The notes beneath the pieces were generated by a model that saw nothing but the letters and a program-made list of their open reading frames with translations, was not told the DNA's origin and made no database searches. This document shows positions 48,374 through 59,565 of a stretch of DNA of 64,000 nucleotides, piece after piece. The stretch covers positions 672,001-736,000 of the forward strand of contig OY776215.1 of the NCBI GenBank assembly GCA_963675495.1, written 5' to 3'. Position 1 is the stretch's first letter. Every line of letters starts with the position of its first letter. A program made the position numbers and the translations under genes. The DNA is from an uncultured Methanolobus sp. (GTDB lineage Archaea; Halobacteriota; Methanosarcinia; Methanosarcinales; Methanosarcinaceae).

Positions 48374-49399
48374 TTATTCCACCCTCACAACTATTCCCCT
48401 GAGGAGGCGGCCTAATATGTCTGAACCCGTTATGATAATTTTTTCAGGGTCTTCCCTGTTCCAGTAAAGTATGAGGTCATTGTCTATAACGTCATCCTCT
48501 GAATGTTCAGGATAAACTTTCAACTTATGGAGCACGTCACCGATCTGTTCTTTTGGGTCACTCACAATTATAGGATGGTGGCAGTAGCGGTATGAATTGA
48601 ACTCCGGTTTTCTGTATATAGCATCTCTCAGGAAGGAACCGGAGTCAATTGCCAGCACAGGTCCATCATTTTCATCCAGCACTATGACCCATTTCTTTGA
48701 ACTCGAAGCTATTCTTTTCAGCAATTCCTCGAACTCAGGACTATCTGATGAAGGAAATATGACAAGACCATTAAAAGTGGGAAGGGAAATTACGCTAGAA
48801 GGATCGACCACAGAGCCTTCCTGTTTGATGTTAAGATCATCTATGGACAAAAAATTCAGAGCACCAAGCCCTTCAAGATGATCAATGTCGCTACTCTCTG
48901 AAATGATATGCTTCCTGAGCATTATCCTGAGTGAGCGCTCTTTGAAGAACTCCATTTTCTCCTTTCCAAGCCACATATCCAAAATCACAGAGGATGGCTT
49001 TGCCACCGGATACAGTAGCACTATGTAGAATTTGATAAGCGGAGAAAGTATAGCTCCAAGTCTTAAGGAATTTCTCGTAAAATATGCCTGTGGAGCTATC
49101 TCACCGAAAACTGTTATGAGAACTGTAGATGAAATAAAGGCTGAAGTGCCAGCCATCACCGAATCTGTCAGCAATGTGAGAAGAACATTGATGCCTACAT
49201 TACCCCATAGTAAAGTAGAGAGTAACAGGTGAGAATTATGTCTGAGTTTCAGTACTTTCTTTGCATTCTCATTTTTAGCCTCAGCCTCGATCTCAAGACG
49301 AAGACGGCTCAGGCCAAACAGGCCGATTGTCAGGCCGGAAAATATACCAGATTGAAGCAGGCAAAGAACTATCAAAAACCATGTTATTGTGATATTCAT
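48374..49399 (-). CDS. CNNM/DUF21 (CorC/HlyC-like) membrane protein
   Basis: SGIFSGLTIGLFGL, LLSTLLWGNV..N, LITVFGEI.PQA, YP.AKP...LD..LG. Confidence 0.85.
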   Translation of the reverse strand: MNITITWFLIVLCLLQSGIFSGLTIGLFGLSRLRLEIEAEAKNENAKKVLKLRHNSHLLLSTLLWGNVGINVLLTLLTDSVMAGTSAFISSTVLITVFGEIAPQAYFTRNSLRLGAILSPLIKFYIVLLYPVAKPSSVILDMWLGKEKMEFFKERSLRIMLRKHIISESSDIDHLEGLGALNFLSIDDLNIKQEGSVVDPSSVISLPTFNGLVIFPSSDSPEFEELLKRIASSSKKWVIVLDENDGPVLAIDSGSFLRDAIYRKPEFNSYRYCHHPIIVSDPKEQIGDVLHKLKVYPEHSEDDVIDNDLILYWNREDPEKIIITGSDILGRLLRGIVVRVE

Positions 49400-49634
49400 G
49401 TATTATTCCGCTAAGGTGTTATTCTAACCCTCAGGTCTTGATATGAATATAAGAGTAGTAAAACCTTTCTGAAAAAAATACTGTTTTGCCTTTATTGTTA
49501 AGTGCAATTTTCTATGACCTGTGAAATTCACTTTCAAATGGCATATATTATTATACTCGATAACTCTTCTCAGATATTTTCATATAGAATCGAGGCTCTA
49601 TTAAAGATGGAGATATTTAAGGGAGAAGGGAATA

Positions 49635-51434
49635 ATGCTGGAAAGCAAATGCATAATAATAGCTGGTGAAGAAGCCGGACCGAAGTCCAATAAGATGGGA
49701 GGCATATGGAATGTTATTGATGCCGAAGCAAAGAATCTTGCCAATCTGATAGGTAAAGGTATCATTGATGAAAAAACAGCACCCAGTATAATTGTAGCAG
49801 GCCCCTATTATGGCCACAGCGGTTCAGACTGGAACAAAGGGCTGAATCGAATCACCGATATGAGCGATCTTGAAGAGATGGAAGATGAAGGTGAGATATT
49901 TGAAACCATCGAAGAGGTTAAAAAGAAAGGTATAGATGTTTTTGCCGGAACTGAACAGGTAAATGGCGTAAAAATAGTTCATCTTATGTTCAGAACAAAT
50001 GATTTTTGCAGGGTCAGCACGGAATATAAAGGACAGGAGATGTGCCTTGCCAATATGATAAAGGCCGAAGCGTATGATCATATTGGACTGAATTCCATGG
50101 CATATGAGAACCTGGACAATGGCATGGAGTATACCCATTACCTAAACCTTTCATACGCAATTTCTGAATTTGTAAAAACACTTGTAACACTCCGGGAAAA
50201 AAGCGCAGAAGAGTATGAGGACAAAGCAATATCTGAATTTGCAGCATCACTCATGCCAGCTATCCATGTTTCACTTCATTGTCACGAGTTTGGCGTATTC
50301 TACGCCCTTGCACGCCTTAAGAAATTAGGAATAAGTGTCAATACTGTTGCAACTTACCATGCAACACTGCCAGGCAGGTCGGCGGGACATCGCTCAATTC
50401 AGAAGATAAGGGAGAATGACAGCTCATGGGATAACGGAGTTCCGGTCCATTTCACAAAGCTTGAATCACTATCCGCATACTCCGACGTTGTAACTGCAGT
50501 AGGAGATTCAACACGTAAGGAAATAAAGCTCTTCTATGGCATAGATTCAATAATCGTCCGCAATGGAATAGATAGTGACAGAGATGAGATAGACTGGGAA
50601 AAAAAGATGGCCTGCAGGAAAAAAATACAGGAATTCCTTTCTGAAAAGATATACAATGTATATGACAGTAAAGCGATACCATCTGACAGGATAATACCTA
50701 TTTTTTCAATATCCCGTATCGAGATAGAGAATAAAGGATACCCTGATCTGCTTGATTCCCTTGTAATACTTGACAGGATGGTTAAAGTTGAGATAGATGC
50801 CGGTCACCTTGACGAGAATTACCGCGTGGTCTGTTTCATTATTGCCGCCCATGGACCTAAGACAACTCTTCCTGAGAACTTCCCCATAAACCTCCCTGAA
50901 GAGCTACTGGTGGGAGAAGAAATTCGCCTCCAGCAGATGATCGAGGCCAGAGGCATGGAATGTTCAAAAATACCAGATGGTAGCAGGCATGTTGCAGCAG
51001 TATTGTACCCGCAGTGGATATCTGAAAATGATGGCGGGCTGAATTTGAGGCCTGATGAGTTCATGGCAGGATGTATCGCCGGTGTTTTCCCTTCAAAATA
51101 TGAGCCTTTCCTGCTTACAGGACTTGAAGCGGGAAAAGAAGCAACCCCAAGCATTGTTAGTAAAATATGCGGATTCAGTGATGCACTCACGACCTTAAAA
51201 AGACTGGTAATGGGAATGGGAGGAGTGATCGTTGTGGACAATATCAATCTTCCGTATCTCGAATCAATTGCGGATTACGCCCTTGTCATGGACTATTTCA
51301 TTGACACATATACAGATGATAAGGTAAAATATAATCTCCTTTGTCAGGAAGCAAATCTACTTGCTAAAGACATGAACTGGGAAGAACCCATCAAAACATA
51401 CTATGAGCTTCTCACAGGAACGAGGATGGAATAA
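49635..51434 (+). CDS. Glycogen synthase, GT3 (eukaryote/Bacteroidota-type)
   Basis: NKMGGIWNVI, HCHEF, ATYHATLPGR, ENKGY, GC.AGVFPSKYEPF correspond to GT3 motifs NKVGGIYTV, HFHEW, TTHATLLGR, NKG, GVFPSYYEPW. Confidence 0.75.
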   Translation: MLESKCIIIAGEEAGPKSNKMGGIWNVIDAEAKNLANLIGKGIIDEKTAPSIIVAGPYYGHSGSDWNKGLNRITDMSDLEEMEDEGEIFETIEEVKKKGIDVFAGTEQVNGVKIVHLMFRTNDFCRVSTEYKGQEMCLANMIKAEAYDHIGLNSMAYENLDNGMEYTHYLNLSYAISEFVKTLVTLREKSAEEYEDKAISEFAASLMPAIHVSLHCHEFGVFYALARLKKLGISVNTVATYHATLPGRSAGHRSIQKIRENDSSWDNGVPVHFTKLESLSAYSDVVTAVGDSTRKEIKLFYGIDSIIVRNGIDSDRDEIDWEKKMACRKKIQEFLSEKIYNVYDSKAIPSDRIIPIFSISRIEIENKGYPDLLDSLVILDRMVKVEIDAGHLDENYRVVCFIIAAHGPKTTLPENFPINLPEELLVGEEIRLQQMIEARGMECSKIPDGSRHVAAVLYPQWISENDGGLNLRPDEFMAGCIAGVFPSKYEPFLLTGLEAGKEATPSIVSKICGFSDALTTLKRLVMGMGGVIVVDNINLPYLESIADYALVMDYFIDTYTDDKVKYNLLCQEANLLAKDMNWEEPIKTYYELLTGTRME

Positions 51435-51436
51435 AA

Positions 51437-52414
51437 ATGTCGGAAATTCGTAAACACTATTTCCTTAACGAATATTGCATAATAGCGACCGGTAGAAGCA
51501 AAAGACCATCTGCACCAAAGGCCTGTGCTGAGGATATCAAATCTGATAGCTGTGTTTTTTGTAACGGCCATGAAGATAAGACCCCACCTGCAACTGCTGT
51601 TTACAAGAATGGCGAAGTACTCAAAGATACGGATGAACAACGCATAACAGACTGGGATGTAAGATGTATTCCTAACCTCTACCCTGCACTATCCCCTGAT
51701 GCTCCTGAAATTGACAATGTTTCATTTGAAGTCAAAAAAGGATATGGATTCCACGAAGTAATTATCGAGAACCCCCTTCATGAAAGCAGAATGCATCTTT
51801 TTTCAGACAAAGAGATGCTTCTTCTGATGAAGGTGTACAGGGATAGGGTGATGCACTATCAATCACAGGAAGGAATCAAGTACGTTTCATTATTCAAGAA
51901 CTGGGGGAAAAAAGCAGGTGCTTCTCTGGAACATACCCACACACAACTCATAGCTATTCCAATAATGCCTCCTACCATCACAAAAGAAAGAAAGGCAATG
52001 GAAGAGCTGGAAAACTGCCCTTACTGTAAGATCGTGGAGAAGGAAACCGGAAAAGAAAGAAAGGTATATGAAAATGCTGATTTCATCCTCATAGCACCAT
52101 ATTTTTCCAGGGTGCCTTATGAGACGTGGATACTTCCAAAAAAGCATGTGAACCATATATCGGCCTTTACTGATGAAATGCTCCTGGGTCTTGGCGACTG
52201 CATCAGGACAGCAGTTTCATTTCTGGACAGGACAATACCTGAATTGGCATACAACTACATGTTCTTCCAGATAGAACATGACCTGAGTTACCATTTCAAC
52301 ATTCGTATAACACCAGTGACTTCTATTGCAGCTGGTTTTGAGAAAAACACGGAAATATACATCAATTCAATGCCTCCGGAAATCGCTGTTGAATACCTGC
52401 TGGAGAAAGCATAG
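51437..52414 (+). CDS. galT: Galactose-1-phosphate uridylyltransferase family (GalT)
   Basis: R.KRP, CVFC.G.E, NLYPAL, HEVIIE, KN.G..AGASLEHTHTQ, AGFE. Confidence 0.88.
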   Translation: MSEIRKHYFLNEYCIIATGRSKRPSAPKACAEDIKSDSCVFCNGHEDKTPPATAVYKNGEVLKDTDEQRITDWDVRCIPNLYPALSPDAPEIDNVSFEVKKGYGFHEVIIENPLHESRMHLFSDKEMLLLMKVYRDRVMHYQSQEGIKYVSLFKNWGKKAGASLEHTHTQLIAIPIMPPTITKERKAMEELENCPYCKIVEKETGKERKVYENADFILIAPYFSRVPYETWILPKKHVNHISAFTDEMLLGLGDCIRTAVSFLDRTIPELAYNYMFFQIEHDLSYHFNIRITPVTSIAAGFEKNTEIYINSMPPEIAVEYLLEKA

Positions 52415-52440
52415 GAACACATATCATAAGAAGTGATCCA

Positions 52441-53607
52441 ATGAAAGAAAAAATGCGAATTGCCATGTTCTCATGGGAAAGCCTTAATGCCGTGAAAGTT
52501 GGAGGACTGGCACCTCATGTGACCGAGTTATCTGAAGCCCTGGCATTGATGGGACATGACATCCATATATTCACCCGAAACAAAGACATGCTCCCCTATG
52601 AGGTAATAAATGATGTGCATTATCACCGTGTGTACCACGCTCTTGAAGGTGGCATAATACAACAGATGGACAGTATGTGCGATGCCATGTATACAGCTTT
52701 TGTTGATGCCTCTGAAATTTTTGGCGATTTTGACCTGACACACGTGCATGACTGGCACCCCGTGAACCTTGTGTGCAGATTGAAAGAGGAATATAGTATT
52801 CCTTTTGTGATCACCTATCACAGCACAGAGTGGGGAAGGAACGGGAATCAGCATGGCAACTGGTGGGAAGCTATGGAGATCAGCCACCGTGAATGGAGAG
52901 GAGGATATGAATCATCCCGTGTAATAGCCACAGCCACAATTTTTAAAAATGAGATACAGCACCTTTATCAAATACCTGATGACAAAATATCCATCGTACC
53001 TAATGGAATACATGAGAACAAGATGCAAATGGATGTGGACCCTGGCAAGGTCAAATCGGAATACGGAATTCATCCATACGCCCCTGTTGTCCTTTTCGTG
53101 GGAAGGATGAATTATCAGAAAGGACCTGACCTTTTAGTACAGGCTATCCCTGAGGTACTTGCAAGCAGATGGGATGCAAAGTTTGTCATTATAGGTGAAG
53201 GTGAGATGAGACCTGAATGTGAACGGATAGCAAATGACCTTAATATAAAGGATAGCTGTCACTTTTTAGGTTATGTAGATGAATCCGTTAAGCTAAAATG
53301 GATGAATGCCTGCAACCTCATCTGTGTTCCAAGCCGCAATGAACCATTTGGAATAGTCCTGCTTGAAGCATGGGATGTTAGTAAGAATATCGTTGCGACA
53401 AATGCAATATCGCTTATAGACAACTTCAAGGATGGAGTCATAGTCTACCAGAAACCTGAATCCATTGCATGGGGAATCAAACATGTATTTGATAATTATA
53501 CTGATGATCAGCTTGGAAAAGAAGGTAAGAAGCTGATCGGAACCAGATATAATTGGAACAATATAGCTGAAATGACCATGAAAGTATACACCGACATGAT
53601 GCCGTAG
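52441..53607 (+). CDS. GT4 glycosyltransferase (glycogen-synthase-like)
   Basis: SWES...KVGGLA.HV, HVHDWH, FVGRM..QKG, PSRNEPFGIVLLEAW. Confidence 0.9.
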   Translation: MKEKMRIAMFSWESLNAVKVGGLAPHVTELSEALALMGHDIHIFTRNKDMLPYEVINDVHYHRVYHALEGGIIQQMDSMCDAMYTAFVDASEIFGDFDLTHVHDWHPVNLVCRLKEEYSIPFVITYHSTEWGRNGNQHGNWWEAMEISHREWRGGYESSRVIATATIFKNEIQHLYQIPDDKISIVPNGIHENKMQMDVDPGKVKSEYGIHPYAPVVLFVGRMNYQKGPDLLVQAIPEVLASRWDAKFVIIGEGEMRPECERIANDLNIKDSCHFLGYVDESVKLKWMNACNLICVPSRNEPFGIVLLEAWDVSKNIVATNAISLIDNFKDGVIVYQKPESIAWGIKHVFDNYTDDQLGKEGKKLIGTRYNWNNIAEMTMKVYTDMMP

Positions 53608-53659
53608 GTATGCTTTTATTAATCAGTGGCTATCTTTTTCTAAAATATCAAAGAACAAA

Positions 53660-54736
53660 TTGGATACTATCATGAGAAAATTCGGAAATAATGTCTCAAG
53701 GAAAATTGGATTGGCACCAGGTTCCTTAGTTCATATTGGTGAAGAAAGGACCGAGAAACCAAAGATAACCATAATAGATTACGATAGGGACAACTATCAG
53801 GAAAAAGTAGTTGAAAGTGTAGAGGAATGTTTCCCATTTAAGGATAATCCTACCGTTTCGTGGATAAATGTTGATGGAATCCATCAGGTGGACATCATTG
53901 AAAAGCTGGGAACTCATTTTGGACTGCATCCACTTGTTATGGAGGATATAGTCCATACAAGCCAGAGACCGAAAATGGAGGATTATGATTCCTACATATA
54001 CGTCGTCCTTAAAATGCTCTGGTTTGAAGATGGCGATACGGATGTGAAGACTGAGCAGGTAAGCATTATACTTGGCCAGAATTATGTCATATCCTTCCAG
54101 GAGGTTGAAGGCGATACATTCAAATTCATAAGAGAACGCCTCCGGAATGCTAAAGGTAGAATACGCACCATGGGTGCTGATTACCTGGCCTATACAATTC
54201 TTGATTCTATAGTTGACAACTACTTTATAATTATTGAAAGATTTGGAGAAGTAATTGAGGAACTGGAAGAGGAACTGATAGAGAACCCATCCCCTGAAAT
54301 CCTCCAAAGTATTCATGAGCTCAAGAAGGAAATGATATACCTTCGCAAGTCCGTGTGGCCACTTCGTGAAGTGATAAACGGTCTTGAAAGAACGGAATCA
54401 TCCCTGTTTCAGGATTCGACCTTCGCATTCCTTAGAGATGTTTACGACCACACTATACAGGTGGCAGATGCAATTGAAACATATCGAGACGTACTCTCAG
54501 GGATATTAGATGTGTATCTTTCAAGTGTAAGCAATAAGATGAATGAAGTAATGAAAACACTCACGATCATAGCAACTATCTTCATACCGCTTACCTTCGT
54601 TGCCGGAATGTATGGTATGAATTTCTCTTATATACCAGAGCTTGGGTGGAAATGGGGATATCCTGCCGTCTGGGTTATCAATATATTGATATTCTTATCC
54701 ATGTACATGTACTTCCGTAAAAAGAACTGGTTATAA
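53660..54736 (+). CDS. corA: Magnesium/cobalt transporter CorA
   Basis: GLHPL..EDI....QRPK, D..VDNY, MNEVMK.LT, YGMNF..IPEL.W..GY. Start may be ATG 53672. Confidence 0.95.
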   Translation: MDTIMRKFGNNVSRKIGLAPGSLVHIGEERTEKPKITIIDYDRDNYQEKVVESVEECFPFKDNPTVSWINVDGIHQVDIIEKLGTHFGLHPLVMEDIVHTSQRPKMEDYDSYIYVVLKMLWFEDGDTDVKTEQVSIILGQNYVISFQEVEGDTFKFIRERLRNAKGRIRTMGADYLAYTILDSIVDNYFIIIERFGEVIEELEEELIENPSPEILQSIHELKKEMIYLRKSVWPLREVINGLERTESSLFQDSTFAFLRDVYDHTIQVADAIETYRDVLSGILDVYLSSVSNKMNEVMKTLTIIATIFIPLTFVAGMYGMNFSYIPELGWKWGYPAVWVINILIFLSMYMYFRKKNWL

Positions 54737-54760
54737 TCATAAAAAGGATGCAGATAAAAA

Positions 54761-55474
54761 ATGTTCGATACATATCATCCACCATTCACTGCAGAAGTTG
54801 AAGATACTGCAATTACAGTTGAAAAACAAGAAAACAACCTGATATATAGACGTATGTCCAAGGGAGAAGAGGAAACAGAACTCGTATTACTCAATAATGA
54901 CGGTGATATTCTTATAAATCCTATTGAACCTGTAAATTTGCCCAAAAAACTCACATCATTCCTACTTATAGATTTTAAACGTCCCGCCCTGATACGTCCA
55001 GGTGACAGAAAAAAAATATACCTGACCTTCCCCGTGGAGATCGGAATATTCGTTTTAGATAAGGCGGGAAACTATGAAATTATTGATGTTTTCACATTTT
55101 CCAGGGTCAAATTCACACTTTACGGAAGCCACAATCATGGACTCATCTGCAGGCACTGGGAAAGTGATGTATTCACCAAGATCCCGGAAACAAATGTACT
55201 CCATGAAGGCTACATAGAACTTGAGATAATCAATGATTCAAACCATCTGATGGAGGTAACAAAAGCCGTATTCAATGCCTATGGAATGAAAATCTACTAT
55301 GGCAAAAAGAGAATTGTTATGAATGCTTCCATGAGAATCATAAATAAACTCCTGGCTGAAACGGATTTCAATACAATTCCAACCACTTCAAGATTCAAAA
55401 GGTCAATGGAGATCTATACTTCACGCAAGCTCATAATCAATGGAACTAAAGGAATTATGGAGTTTGGCTTATGA
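54761..55474 (+). CDS. DUF432 family protein
   Basis: INPIEPVNLP, FPVEIG.F, KFTLYG....G.ICR.W; typical neighbour of archaeal MscS. Confidence 0.75.
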   Translation: MFDTYHPPFTAEVEDTAITVEKQENNLIYRRMSKGEEETELVLLNNDGDILINPIEPVNLPKKLTSFLLIDFKRPALIRPGDRKKIYLTFPVEIGIFVLDKAGNYEIIDVFTFSRVKFTLYGSHNHGLICRHWESDVFTKIPETNVLHEGYIELEIINDSNHLMEVTKAVFNAYGMKIYYGKKRIVMNASMRIINKLLAETDFNTIPTTSRFKRSMEIYTSRKLIINGTKGIMEFGL

Positions 55475-56358
55475 GCAACAGCACTATTTCGCAGTATCTC
55501 CCACCAGTGTCTGATCCTTTCCTTCAGGTTATCACGGTCATTATCACACTTTTTTTGGCCATTGTAATTGGCAAAGGTATAACGATATACCTGGAAAGAA
55601 CGCTTAAAGACAAGATGGACAAAGAGTACCTCAATATTATGCTCAAGATCATCTACTACGGAATAATAATCTTTGCAATAATAGGATTCATTTTCCCTTT
55701 ACTTCAAATTGACACTTCTGGCTTGCTTGTTGCTGGTGGTGTTGTGGGTATAGTCGTTGGTTTTGCCAGTCAGAGCATAATGGGTAATTTTATATCCGGC
55801 GTTTTTTTGATGATCGAACGTCCTATTAAGATAGGAGACCAGGTAAATATCGATAACAAAATGGGATATGTTGAAGATATCAAAATAATATCAACTATAA
55901 TCCGCACATTTGACGGACTCTATGTAAGACTGCCTAATGAGACAGTTTTTACCACCAGCATCACAAACTATGTAGCAAATCTTGCTAGAAGATTTGAATA
56001 CATTGTAGGTATCCGCTATAATGACGATGCCGATGAAGCTATAAAGATAATCGAGGACCTCATAGAACAGGAACCTTATGCACTGGTTAATCCTTCCCCG
56101 AGAGTATTTGTAGATACCCTTGGAGATAACGCAGTCAATATATCAGTGAAAATATGGGCTCCTGCAACTGAATGGTATGATCTGAGAACAAAACTGCTCT
56201 GGATAATCAAAAAGACACTTGAGGAGAATGGAATAGAGATAGCCTTCCCACAAAGAACTGTCTGGTTTGCCAGCGATCTTAATACAAGGAATATCCACAC
56301 TAACTACGTGGAAAATGGAATGGATAACGATATCAACCCGGGAATGAATGAAACATGA
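55471..56358 (+). CDS. MscS-family mechanosensitive channel
   Basis: GFASQS..GNFISG.FL..ERPIKIGD, IRTFDG..V.LPN, GIEIAFPQR. Confidence 0.93.
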   Translation: MSNSTISQYLPPVSDPFLQVITVIITLFLAIVIGKGITIYLERTLKDKMDKEYLNIMLKIIYYGIIIFAIIGFIFPLLQIDTSGLLVAGGVVGIVVGFASQSIMGNFISGVFLMIERPIKIGDQVNIDNKMGYVEDIKIISTIIRTFDGLYVRLPNETVFTTSITNYVANLARRFEYIVGIRYNDDADEAIKIIEDLIEQEPYALVNPSPRVFVDTLGDNAVNISVKIWAPATEWYDLRTKLLWIIKKTLEENGIEIAFPQRTVWFASDLNTRNIHTNYVENGMDNDINPGMNET

Positions 56359-57481
56359 AAGCCCTATGTATTTGTTTTGAGGTACATCTGCCCTTGCCCC
56401 TTCGCTGGTACTGGCCACGGGAGGGGTATGCTAAAGCCCATATTGAAAAATACTTTGACATGGAAAAGGCATTCCACAATTTCACAAAGCTTGCAGATAA
56501 TGTGGAAACACTTAACGATACTCTGTCAGAATCAATAAAAAACGGAGGGAAATACACCCTTGACGTGTCCGGTGTGTTCCTTGAGCAATGCAAATGGGCT
56601 CCTGAAGTGATTGATGGGTTCAGGAAGCTGGACCCGGAAAAAGTATCTTTTGCAGCTTCACCGTATTATCATTCAATAAGCTCAATGTTCCCTGATATGA
56701 AAGAATTCAGGGAACAGGTTGAGATGGACATAAAAATGATCAAGGAACTTTTTGGCAGGGAAACAACGACATTCGTGAACACCGAACTTCTTTTTGAACG
56801 AAGAGCAACAAAAGTCCTCAAAGAAATGGGATTCAACTGCTTCATATCGGAAGGTTCCCACAACATCATGAACGGCTACGATCCCACGCATGTTTATAGC
56901 AATCATGTACCCACACTCCTTCGACACATAAACCTGAGTGAAGATCTGGAGATCAAATTCTCTGATATGTCATGGTCAGGGTATCCACTGATAGCAGACA
57001 AGTTCGCATCATGGATAGCAAGTATGGATGGGGATGTGATAACCCTCTACATAAAATATGATGCTATCAACACTCACCTAAAGAAAAATAATGAAATACT
57101 TCAGTTCTTGAAAGATATCCCTGTGAGCCTTAAAAAACATGGGATTAAGATGCTTTTGCCTGAGGAGGCTGTGGGTATGTTCAAAAAGAAAGAATTGCCA
57201 TCCCTCGAGTCAAAGACGACAGCACGCTATGGCATGCATAACCTTCTGGGAAACCATGCGCAACACCTCTTCATGCATGAGCTTGTGGATATAGGAGAAC
57301 AGCTCAAAACCGTGAAAGATCCGGAAAAGAAAAAGGAACTGCTAAGGATATACCGCTATCTTCAGCAGAGCGAGATATTCCTGGAGATGAACTCTGAGGA
57401 AAGACGCCTTGGATATGAGAGAGCAGTGAACGATCTCTCGATACTTTCAGACATCGAACGTGCAGTACTGGAGGCAGGAAA

Positions 57482-57485
<4 letters not shown>
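56355..57485 (+). CDS. GH57 alpha-amylase-like protein, probably non-catalytic
   Basis: FEVHLP, PYYHS, NTEL present; the acid/base region reads IKYDAI instead of FMDYET. Confidence 0.8.
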
Positions 57486-58716
<1,231 letters not shown>

Positions 58717-58746
58717 TATTGCCTAAAGCCATATTATTTATCGGGA

Positions 58747-59565
58747 GTGTTGTGCATGGTAAGAGATCTTTACATGTTCTCTAAGATTGATAAAGAAGCA
58801 GAAGTGGTCTGGTTCAAAGTCACATACGAGAACACAGTGCATTCTGAAGCGGACATAACATCTTTTTTTGCAGATAATGGACTTGACATCAGATTTGCAT
58901 ATCTTGATAGCTCGGAAGACCCTAGCAAAGGCAAGTATGTCATGTTCACTGAAGTTGAAAAGGGCAGGGACATCAAAAGTATTGCAGATGAACTTGGAAA
59001 AATGGACGTTGTACTTGACCTGAACTGGGGCTTTTCAAAGAACAGGGTAGTTCAGTCTGTGGAATTTCCCCTACATATACTGGGAGAAAGAGCCATTATA
59101 ATCAGGGCAAAGACCTTTGTGAATATTCTCAACATTATCAAGGAAAATGTGCCACAGTCGGAAGGACTACTAACCATAATAGGATTGAAGAGTGGAGCAG
59201 GTGTTGTAAAATACCTGAGGGATATGATCGATGTGAACGACAGCAACTTCCTCGACCTGTTAAAGGAACTTCTTATGGCCGCTGGATGGGGCATTCTCGA
59301 TTATGAAATGAATACTGTGGATAAGAAAGGAACTTTAAGGATCAGTGACTCGTTCATTGCTGATGACTACGAAGAAAGTGACGTCCCTACATGCGGATAT
59401 ATCAGTGGTTTTCTTGCCGGGTACATTTCCGAATCATTAAATACAACAGTCCAGGTCCACGAAACAATATGCAAAAGCATGGGCAATGGTTTCTGTGAAC
59501 ATCAGGTATCACCTGCTCCAAAAGACGTTCAGATAGAACATTTACTCCGGGGGGAATCGCATTGA
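58747..59565 (+). CDS. ACT-like plus V4R (4-vinyl reductase) domain protein
   Basis: N-terminal ACT-like region (ITSFFADNGLDI); AAGWG; V4R Zn motif C..SGFLAG...ET.C...G...C. Start may be ATG 58756. Confidence 0.8.
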   Translation: MLCMVRDLYMFSKIDKEAEVVWFKVTYENTVHSEADITSFFADNGLDIRFAYLDSSEDPSKGKYVMFTEVEKGRDIKSIADELGKMDVVLDLNWGFSKNRVVQSVEFPLHILGERAIIIRAKTFVNILNIIKENVPQSEGLLTIIGLKSGAGVVKYLRDMIDVNDSNFLDLLKELLMAAGWGILDYEMNTVDKKGTLRISDSFIADDYEESDVPTCGYISGFLAGYISESLNTTVQVHETICKSMGNGFCEHQVSPAPKDVQIEHLLRGESH

